A DNA stretch of 40,410 nucleotides from Candidatus Iainarchaeum sp. Its GTDB lineage: Archaea; Iainarchaeota; Iainarchaeia; JAADDC01. The stretch is taken from assembly GCA_013154035.1 (NCBI GenBank), contig JAADDH010000013.1:1-40410 (forward strand), written 5' to 3'. The notes beneath the pieces were generated by a model. The model had not been told where the DNA came from, ran no database searches, and worked only from the letters and a program-made list of their open reading frames with translations. Below are positions 34,126 to 40,410 of the stretch, one piece after another; the stretch's first letter is position 1; every line of letters begins with the position of its first letter. The translations under genes were made by a program, and so were the position numbers.

Positions 34126-34759
34126 CTTCCTCCTTCTTCTCTTCCCTGCGCATGTATCGCTCAGTCACGCGGACTTCCTTTACGTCTGGCAGCGTCTTGA
34201 GGAGGGTTGCAACGAAGAGCAGCTTGTTCATGTTCTTGTCCTTCGTGTCCGTCGGCGTGTAGACCACTTCTAGTATCCCATCCTTAAACACTACGCCGTC
34301 CAGCTTCGTCCTGAAATACCTGCGGAAGAGTGCCTCTGCAATCTCCTCCGGCGTCTTTAGCTCCGAGATCACCTTTATCTTGTATATGACCGTTCTTCCC
34401 GCGAGTTCGTGGTTGAAGTCCACCTGTACTCTTCCGCCACCGACTGCGAGCACTCTTCCCACGCGCCCATCCGCCTCAATGGGCATACCGGGTACTGGGC
34501 GGATTCCACGTTTCTTGAACTCCTTCTCCGGAATGACGTAGATGAGCTCCTTCTTTCTCTCTCCGAACGCCTTCTCCGGGGGCAGTTCTACCTCCTTCTC
34601 TTCGCCCTCTTTCATGTTTTCCAGTGCTTCCTCCAATCCCGGCAGAAGTGCATCCTCGCCGAGAATCACGGCGTAAGGCTCTTCTTCCTCTACCTTGTCA
34701 AAGATCTTGCCTGTTTCCTTGTCCTTTCCTTCATACGCGACGAGTATTACCCTGACCAT
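34106..34759 (-). CDS. Long-type archaeal FKBP peptidyl-prolyl isomerase (with IF insert and C-terminal domain)
   Basis: YEGKDKETGKIFD...LLPGLEEALENMKEGEEKEV...VDFNHELAGRTVIYKIKV are FKBP/SlyD-like signatures. Confidence 0.85.
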   Translation of the reverse strand: MVRVILVAYEGKDKETGKIFDKVEEEEPYAVILGEDALLPGLEEALENMKEGEEKEVELPPEKAFGERKKELIYVIPEKEFKKRGIRPVPGMPIEADGRVGRVLAVGGGRVQVDFNHELAGRTVIYKIKVISELKTPEEIAEALFRRYFRTKLDGVVFKDGILEVVYTPTDTKDKNMNKLLFVATLLKTLPDVKEVRVTERYMRREEKKEEATEKSE

Positions 34760-34833
34760 GAATTACCACCGTATCCATCTGCTGGAAAACAAATAAAATC
34801 GGTCCTCTTAAACATTTCCGCGCAACTCATCTC

Positions 34834-35307
34834 ATGGAGCGTAGTCAACTCGCAGGACTCATAATTACGGCGGTTCTAGTGCTTTCAAGCCTCGTGTACA
34901 TCGTTGCCGGCCCCAGGGGCAACTATGTCGCACCCGGCACGTATTCGGGAACAACTGTGGGCAAACTCGTGAAGTATGTTGATAGGGAGTGGGTAATTCC
35001 TACTGCGGGTGTTGATCTCAACGGCCTGCCCGTTGTTCAGGAGGGACAGGGCTTTGTTTTCATCTCCGTTAGCGATGTTAACAAGACGTTGGACCTCCTG
35101 CGCGAGAAGAACGTGCCTTTCTTCCTTCGGGATGCCATTGTTTCTGCTCCTGTTAAGCTCGGGGACAAAACACAGGATTTGAACGTGTATGCCTTCGTCC
35201 AGCCGGATCTGAATGTGGGCGATCTCGTGCGAATCTCATACCAGGTTACAGTGGGCGCGGACGGCACTGTTCGGGCGATAGGGCAGGAAGTTGGGGGAGC
35301 GGTGTAA
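34834..35307 (+). CDS. Membrane-anchored hypothetical protein
   Basis: 157 aa with an N-terminal TM segment LAGLIITAVLVLSSLVYIV. No recognisable domain. Confidence 0.5.
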   Translation: MERSQLAGLIITAVLVLSSLVYIVAGPRGNYVAPGTYSGTTVGKLVKYVDREWVIPTAGVDLNGLPVVQEGQGFVFISVSDVNKTLDLLREKNVPFFLRDAIVSAPVKLGDKTQDLNVYAFVQPDLNVGDLVRISYQVTVGADGTVRAIGQEVGGAV

Positions 35308-35308
35308 T

Positions 35309-35623
35309 TTACATAAGCTTCAATATCGCCTCTGCAATATCTCCGTTTGCTTCCTTCAGTGCCTTTACTGCCTCTTCCTTTGATGCTCCGGTCTTCTGCA
35401 TGACTAGCTCTACGTCCTCTTCGCGGATCTCTTCCTCTACTTTTGGCGTTCCGACGATCTGGTATGCGGTTTGCCCCTGCATGATTGTCTTCATGACCTG
35501 CGGCTCATCAAAAACGAGCTTTGTCCCGTCCTCCTGCTCAATGATCACGCGCTTTGCCTTGATTTCCTCCACGCGCAGCCCCATGCGCTGCAGCATCTTC
35601 ATGGCATTTTTGTCGAAGTACAT
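35309..35623 (-). CDS. nac: Nascent polypeptide-associated complex protein (NAC + UBA)
   Basis: 104 aa. NAC beta-barrel region, then the C-terminal UBA-like KTGASKEEAVKALKEANGDIAEAILKL. Confidence 0.9.
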   Translation of the reverse strand: MYFDKNAMKMLQRMGLRVEEIKAKRVIIEQEDGTKLVFDEPQVMKTIMQGQTAYQIVGTPKVEEEIREEDVELVMQKTGASKEEAVKALKEANGDIAEAILKLM

Positions 35624-35723
35624 GATGAAAATTTGATGGGGAAGGAGTTAAAATCAGGATCGGGTAATGTTCTAGCCCCTTGTCCGTGACAGGCAATTAT
35701 GCACGAACAGAAACAGACAGTGG

Positions 35724-35816
35724 GCTGCCGAAGGCAGCACGCAGCATCGCAAACTCCACGAGTTTGCGTGCACGCGAACGTAGTTCGCGATGGGGTGCAG
35801 GGGGCGCAGCCCCTGC
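35724..35816. ncRNA. Candidate structured RNA: four consecutive perfect hairpins abutting the tRNA 3' end
   Basis: Stems lie at 35724-35738 (6 bp), 35748-35768 (8 bp), 35773-35789 (7 bp) and 35797-35816 (7 bp). A weaker stem lies at 35679-35693. The region is GC-rich relative to other spacers. Strand and function are unknown. Confidence 0.35.
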
Positions 35817-35819
35817 TAG

Positions 35820-35930
35820 TGGGGCCGCGGGGATTTGAACCCCGGACCTTCGGTTTTCCTCAACCCGTGGCAGTTTTGCCAGAGCGGGTCTTATAAGACC
35901 GACGCTCTGACCAGGCTGAGCTACGGCCCC
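35820..35930 (-). tRNA. tRNA-Ile (anticodon UAU) with an intron of about 36 nt at the canonical 37/38 position
   Basis: Hand-folded cloverleaf. Acceptor is 7/7 bp (GGGGCCG/CGGCCCC) with A73. D stem GCTC/GAGC. Anticodon stem TCGGT/ACCGA is interrupted by about 36 nt (about 35856-35891). Loop is C-U-UAU-A-A. T arm is CGGGG-TTCAAAT-CCCCG. No CCA is encoded. Confidence 0.85.
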
Positions 35931-35956
35931 AGCCGCAAAGAGTATTGTTGGGGAAA

Positions 35957-35965
35957 GTTAAAAAG
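35957..35965 (-). promoter_or_regulatory. TATA box of the tRNA gene
   Basis: Minus-strand CTTTTTAAC lies about 27-35 nt upstream of tRNA position 1. Confidence 0.45.
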
Positions 35966-35967
35966 GA

Positions 35968-36621
35968 TTAGATGTCTAGTTCCTCGCCTGGTTGCAGGAT
36001 CTCCACGTGCGTCCTATCGCTGACTATCTCTCTGAACTTCTCTGGATCCTGGCGGATGGGCGGGAACGTGTTGTAGTGCATGGGTATGACGATTTTCGGT
36101 TTCAGGAGCTCCACAGCCTTTGCGGCCTCTATCGGGCCCATTGTAAAGTAGCCGCCGATGGGGAGCAGCGCCACGTCTATTGGCCCGTAGAGTTCGCTGA
36201 AGAGTGCCATATCTCCGAAAACGAACGTATCTCCCGCGTGGTATATTGTCTTCCCATCTATTTTGACGATGTACCCCGCCGCGTTCCCTATTTCCTGACC
36301 GTTCATGGATGAGGAGTGCCAAGCAGGGACCATTACGAAGTCCACGCCGTTGATCTTCGCTGGCCCATAGTTCATACCATATGTTTGCGCGCCTCGCAGG
36401 TGCTGGGCTAGATCGTACATGCAGACGATGGGAGCGTTGTAGCGCTTACTCAGCTCTACTGCGTCACCCAGATGGTCACCGTGCGCGTGCGTGACGAGGA
36501 TCAGATCCGGCTTGCCGTTCAGATCTGCTGCCATTGGGTTTCCAGAGATGAATGGGTCAATCAAGATGTTCTTCGATCCTATGATTTGGAACGCCGAGTG
36601 TCCGATGTAGTAGATCTTCAC
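35968..36621 (-). CDS. UPF0173-type metallo-beta-lactamase-fold hydrolase
   Basis: 217 aa from GTG 36621 (GGGGGTGA upstream; GTGA overlap with the upstream stop). KIYYIGHSAF...LILVTHAHGDHLGD...HAGDT...IPMHY. Confidence 0.85.
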   Translation of the reverse strand: MKIYYIGHSAFQIIGSKNILIDPFISGNPMAADLNGKPDLILVTHAHGDHLGDAVELSKRYNAPIVCMYDLAQHLRGAQTYGMNYGPAKINGVDFVMVPAWHSSSMNGQEIGNAAGYIVKIDGKTIYHAGDTFVFGDMALFSELYGPIDVALLPIGGYFTMGPIEAAKAVELLKPKIVIPMHYNTFPPIRQDPEKFREIVSDRTHVEILQPGEELDI

Positions 36622-37991
36622 GCGTTCACCCCCTTGCAGAGATTGTTTGGTGGATTTGTGACGAGCGCGCAGACGTATGTTACGACGTCCTTTGGCCCGC
36701 TTGTGAGCCAACCATCAATTATTGCCATCGTCTTTGTGATTCTTGTTCGTGCAGTTTCTTGAACGAAGGCCTGCAGTATTTTCTGGGCATTCTGGTTTGC
36801 ACAGGCGATGATTGCATCTGCGTTCACGTCCGCACGCCTGGCTGCCGTATCCACACAGGTCTTGCTTACGCTGTTGCACTCGTCCACCGCAAGAGCGAAC
36901 GTGGTCCACCTCTGCGGTGCTTGCAGATATGCACAGTATGTTAGCGCTGCGCGATCAAATGCTTCCTTTCCGCCTGGGAATATCACAGTTGTGCCGTTGC
37001 TTCTGGCCGCAAAGTGAGGGACGATTATCGCTCTCCGTCCAAGGGTGGCCTGTATCGCGTTCAGTTCTTTGAGGAAGTTTTCGTCATCACTCCCTGCAAA
37101 GTATGCATCAATGCTTATCGTTTCGGAGGGCGTTATTGCAATGCCGCTGGGATAGTAGCGCGCTCCTGGGAAGATCTTCCCAACGAGATCCGGGTATGGC
37201 GTAACTATGCTCGCGAGCACATATTGGTTGTTATTCTGGTGGATCTGGAAGTTGATGTCAGCCCATTTCAGCCGTTCGGATATTGGTTTTGCCAAGATGC
37301 TGTCACTGAACACGGTTGCAGAAATCTTTGGTTGAACGATCTCCGTGTACGCCACTCTTGCCAGCGGGAAGTATGGAGCGATTGCAGTGATTACTTCGTG
37401 CGGCGCGTCTATCCGAACTACGACATCATTTGTTTTTTGGGTGTGCACCACTACGTTATCAGCGGATAGGTATAGGAGCTGTTTAAGCGCGTTCACATCG
37501 TAGTTCTTATCCACGAATATGTTTACCTCGACTGTTGGCTCTCCTGGAACGTATCTGCGCGTTGGCCACATGGGCCTCAGTGCGTAGTAGTTCCCCAAGT
37601 CTATGAGGTTTGCCCTCAGTCCACCCCTGCTTGCAAGCGCTTTGTTGAGCTCTGTGAAGAATTGAGTGTTTGCCAGGTCTTTTGTGAACAGAATGAGTGG
37701 GACAAGGTTCACGTTCTTCTCCCGTAGTTGCGCGTATATTTTGGCTCCTGCGCCACTGTACACATTCAGCCTTATGACGGAGATTCTCCCCTCCGCGATG
37801 TTTTTGTCTATATAGTTGGCCACGGTATTGAATTCCGGCGCGCAGACGTCACAGTGGGGATCGTCCAGCAAGATCATGGCGTGGCTATATTTTGGCGTGA
37901 TTGTGATTCCCTTTGAAACCAAAACAACGATGACTCCGAGCAGGAATCCGATGATCGCAGCAAATATGTACCCATGATCTCTTTTATGCAT
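36618..37991 (-). CDS. Membrane-anchored extracytoplasmic thioredoxin-fold protein, paralog B (C-terminal active site lost)
   Basis: 457 aa. N-terminal TM segment, then ILLDDPHCDVCAP (CxxC). Collinear with paralog A (GNYYALRP against GKYYVLAP, and so on). Cys-rich C-terminal domain. Confidence 0.65.
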   Translation of the reverse strand: MHKRDHGYIFAAIIGFLLGVIVVLVSKGITITPKYSHAMILLDDPHCDVCAPEFNTVANYIDKNIAEGRISVIRLNVYSGAGAKIYAQLREKNVNLVPLILFTKDLANTQFFTELNKALASRGGLRANLIDLGNYYALRPMWPTRRYVPGEPTVEVNIFVDKNYDVNALKQLLYLSADNVVVHTQKTNDVVVRIDAPHEVITAIAPYFPLARVAYTEIVQPKISATVFSDSILAKPISERLKWADINFQIHQNNNQYVLASIVTPYPDLVGKIFPGARYYPSGIAITPSETISIDAYFAGSDDENFLKELNAIQATLGRRAIIVPHFAARSNGTTVIFPGGKEAFDRAALTYCAYLQAPQRWTTFALAVDECNSVSKTCVDTAARRADVNADAIIACANQNAQKILQAFVQETARTRITKTMAIIDGWLTSGPKDVVTYVCALVTNPPNNLCKGVNA

Positions 37992-38023
37992 AGAATAAGA
38001 ATGGGGAGGGAGTTGTTAAACCC

Positions 38024-39673
38024 TTAACTGCAACTCCCTGCTGCGGATGCCGACGTTGTTCCTCCGCCGATTCCCGGGCTGGTATTCTGGGATGAAAGCG
38101 TTGTGCTGCATGCCTTTGGCGGATGCAGGAATGCAGCACAGATAAGTTCTTTCAGCGCTTCTGGATTCCTGGGAGTTCCCGCCATCGGCACATACTGGAT
38201 CACGAGGGTTGGAGAACCCTGCACGTGGTAGTCCTTGTTCATCTGCTCCTCCACTGGATATGCTGGGAACATGCCTATCTTGTTGTTCACAGATATGTTG
38301 TATTCCTTCGTGGTTGCTTGTATACATGCGTTGATCTTCTCAGCGTTTATGTCTGCTCCTGCCATGCATTTGCTTGCATTGCCCGTTTCTGTGAAGCAGC
38401 TGAGGTAGTTTAGGTATGCATTCTTGTCAAGCTTCTGTATGCAGTACTGACGCGTGTTCTCCGTGAGTTCTGGCTCCCTCGGCGCGTGCATTGAGTAGTT
38501 CACGAAGCGGACGTGGAAGTCCACGTTGTTCCCCAGCAACTTGATTACTGGAATGATTGCTTTCTCCGCCTGCAACCCGAATGGACAGTAGCTCATGACG
38601 AAGAGGTCCACCTTTGGTCTGTCTGTTTTGAGGACGTAGTATTCTCCGTTGCTGTAGTTCCATTCGGGCGGGATTACGTTTTGTAGAACTGCCTTCGGGC
38701 CCTTTACGATAACGAAGTAGTTGCTGTCGCTCGGAAGGGCTGTTGCGTTAATATCCGCGCCCATTCCGACCTGCTGCTGGAGATATGTCTTGACTTGGTC
38801 CAAGATCGGCTTCTGAGCCTCAACGCTGATCTGGACCTTTGGCACGATCAGCGCGTTTCCCTCCAGTTCCGCCGTTGGGAAGTATCTCTTCAGCATTTCG
38901 ACGATGCCCTTCGGACCGACCATCTTCATTTCGTAGTTTCCGCTCGCTGGCTCGAATTTAACTACCATGTTTGGCTGCAGGGACATAATCTGGCCGGCGA
39001 GGCGGTAAAGCTGCTGTGCATTGTTTGTGTATATGTAGAAGTACTGTATTGGCTTGTTCGGATCGTAGCGGTACGTAATAGATATTGGGGCGAGAACGTA
39101 GTACTTGCCGGCTGGCTGGATGAGGTTTTGTACGGGAATCTTTCGGCTATCTGCGAATTCCTTTATTTTCTTGTAGAGCGTCGTGCCCGTGATATTTCCC
39201 TCAAGGACAACAACTGGCAGATATGCTGCGCCCTGGTTGTTCTTGTAAATCTCCTCATAGATCCTCTTTGCTGTCGGGTCGTTGTAACTGAGCTTCACGA
39301 CGTTGAATTCCTTGTTCGAGAAGCCGAACTGCTGCTCCAGCATTGCGAGCCCCTGGTTCAGCGTTTCGTTGCAGAATTCACAGTCAGGGGATGTTATTAC
39401 GTATGCCACGGGCTTGGAGAATGTTGCACTCGCACCGCCAGTAACTCCGTGTGTTTTCCCGATTCCCAGCCCGATTACGAGCCCTATGACTAGTGCAAGT
39501 ATTGCTATGCCCACAAGCACGTATGTGGGGTTATAGCTCTGGTTTTTCTTGACAGCCTTTTCGTGCTTTGCTTTTGCGCCGCTGCTTGTCTGCGCGGGCG
39601 CCTTTTCAACCCCGTGTGTCTCACGGGAAACCTCTTTTTTGCCCTCCGTTTTGCTACTCTTTCTTCTGGGCAT
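38024..39673 (-). CDS. Membrane-anchored extracytoplasmic thioredoxin/DsbA-like protein, paralog A
   Basis: 549 aa. Basic cytoplasmic N-tail and a TM segment, then YVITSPDCEFCN (CxxC). The C-terminal DsbA-like module has FVMSYCPFGLQAEK and the cis-Pro-type loop HVQGSPTLVI. Confidence 0.7.
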   Translation of the reverse strand: MPRRKSSKTEGKKEVSRETHGVEKAPAQTSSGAKAKHEKAVKKNQSYNPTYVLVGIAILALVIGLVIGLGIGKTHGVTGGASATFSKPVAYVITSPDCEFCNETLNQGLAMLEQQFGFSNKEFNVVKLSYNDPTAKRIYEEIYKNNQGAAYLPVVVLEGNITGTTLYKKIKEFADSRKIPVQNLIQPAGKYYVLAPISITYRYDPNKPIQYFYIYTNNAQQLYRLAGQIMSLQPNMVVKFEPASGNYEMKMVGPKGIVEMLKRYFPTAELEGNALIVPKVQISVEAQKPILDQVKTYLQQQVGMGADINATALPSDSNYFVIVKGPKAVLQNVIPPEWNYSNGEYYVLKTDRPKVDLFVMSYCPFGLQAEKAIIPVIKLLGNNVDFHVRFVNYSMHAPREPELTENTRQYCIQKLDKNAYLNYLSCFTETGNASKCMAGADINAEKINACIQATTKEYNISVNNKIGMFPAYPVEEQMNKDYHVQGSPTLVIQYVPMAGTPRNPEALKELICAAFLHPPKACSTTLSSQNTSPGIGGGTTSASAAGSCS

Positions 39674-39723
39674 GCTATTATCTCGCGAATAAGTGTTTTT
39701 ACCCCTTTGGATCAGATGCTAAC

Positions 39724-40242
39724 ATGGAGCAGGTTATTGACAACGCAATTTGTCCAGCCTGCGGGAAGAAGACCCTGCGCACCGTAATTGTGGAGAAGGA
39801 ACTCCCCCGCTTCGGCAGGGCCGTCCTCGTTACGTCCAAGTGTTCTGCCTGTGGTTACACGCATACGGACGTCATGGAGCTGGAGGACCGCGGCCACAAG
39901 AAGCTTCGCATCCTCGTTGATGACCCCAAGAAACTTAATGCCCTCGTGGTTCGTTCCGCGGGTGCCACCGTGCGTATTCCTGAATTTGATCTGGAGATGC
40001 TACCCGGTCCGTTCTCTAACGGCTTTATAACAACTGTAGAGGGGGTTCTTGACCGTTTTGAGTCCGCGGCTGAGAAGATAGTTCCCGAGAGCGAAGAGGA
40101 GAAGGATGCGAAGGAGACTGCGCTGCGCGAGATCCGCGAGGCGAAGGACGGTAAGCGGCAGTTTACTTTGGAAATAGACGATCCCCGCGGTGTTTCCGGC
40201 ATTATTTTATCCGATGACGCATCTTCAGAGCAGGAGCAGTGA
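39724..40242 (+). CDS. ZPR1-type zinc-finger protein
   Basis: 172 aa. CPACG...x...CSACG zinc ribbon, followed by a ZPR1-like beta domain (LRILVDDPKKLNALVVRSAGATVRIPEFDLEM). ATG lies about 25 nt after the TTTTTAC box. Confidence 0.8.
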   Translation: MEQVIDNAICPACGKKTLRTVIVEKELPRFGRAVLVTSKCSACGYTHTDVMELEDRGHKKLRILVDDPKKLNALVVRSAGATVRIPEFDLEMLPGPFSNGFITTVEGVLDRFESAAEKIVPESEEEKDAKETALREIREAKDGKRQFTLEIDDPRGVSGIILSDDASSEQEQ

Positions 40243-40410
40243 TCTCTTTCATTTCCCTCGCGGTGACAAGCACCTTTCCAGTCCCCACCACATTGTTTTT
40301 CTCGTCCACAAGTATGATTTCCTGGTACGGACGGAGTTCCGGATCCCATGCGATTGCATCTTTTGTCAGGGGTGTTTTTCCATCCTTAACGCGCTGCACT
40401 CCTCTCTCGC
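40202..40410 (-). CDS. PUA-domain protein, C-terminal fragment (ORF runs off the right edge)
   Basis: PYQEIILVDEKNNVVGTGKVLVTAREMKEITAPALKMRH resembles the end of a PUA domain. The frame is still open at 40410. Confidence 0.55.
   Translation of the reverse strand, partial: ERGVQRVKDGKTPLTKDAIAWDPELRPYQEIILVDEKNNVVGTGKVLVTAREMKEITAPALKMRHRIK

Noticed and set aside
35622-35690. A C-box-like ATGATGA (35622-35628) and a nearby TGATGG, suggesting a C/D box sRNA.
   Set aside because: There is no CTGA D or D' box within the expected 50-70 nt. The ATGATGA is simply the reverse complement context of the nac start codon.
35699-35896. A 65-aa plus-strand ORF covering the hairpin region.
   Set aside because: It runs into and overlaps the tRNA gene on the opposite strand, has no promoter or SD, and its reading frame is made of palindromic GC-rich stems. 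It is not credible as coding.
35624-35967. An integrated mobile element or att site at the tRNA gene.
   Set aside because: No integrase, no direct repeat of the tRNA 3' end and no compositional break are visible on either side. The flanking genes are housekeeping (nac and the UPF0173 hydrolase).

Overview
A compact, almost entirely coding stretch of an archaeal chromosome. I call about 53 protein genes and one intron-containing tRNA. I saw no rRNA, CRISPR array, integrase, transposase or other mobile-element hallmark. Content is dominated by information-processing genes. DNA replication and repair: RecJ/GAN-like DHH nuclease, Lhr-type helicase, Orc1/Cdc6, an OB-fold protein, two tandem PCNA paralogs, PriL, PriS, Gins51, an MTH1-like Nudix, Dcd and a histone. 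Translation and RNA: Taw1, TmcA, DtdA, S27e, aIF2-alpha, Nop10, aCPSF1/FttA, Fap7, NAC and ZPR1. Proteostasis: proteasome beta subunit, PAC2 chaperone and FKBP. Gene organisation is typical of a streamlined archaeon. First genes of operons sit about 22-30 nt downstream of TATA-like boxes and look leaderless. Internal genes are coupled by ATGA, TGATG or GTGA start/stop overlaps or by GGAGG-type SD sites. I cannot assign taxonomy from the sequence alone. A tRNA-Ile with a UAU anticodon, a PriL without cysteines and the extreme compaction hint at a small-genome uncultivated lineage. There is no obvious defence island. The most interesting items are: (1) tmcA coupled to a YqfB-like ASCH mini-protein; (2) a PriL lacking all Fe-S ligands inside a replisome operon with two divergent PCNAs; (3) a hyper-acidic Trp-repeat mini-protein in front of Lhr; (4) four perfect hairpins abutting the tRNA; (5) tandem membrane-anchored thioredoxin-fold paralogs coupled to an MBL hydrolase; and (6) several orphan surface and small proteins. 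All functional calls rest on motif recognition by eye, with no database search.
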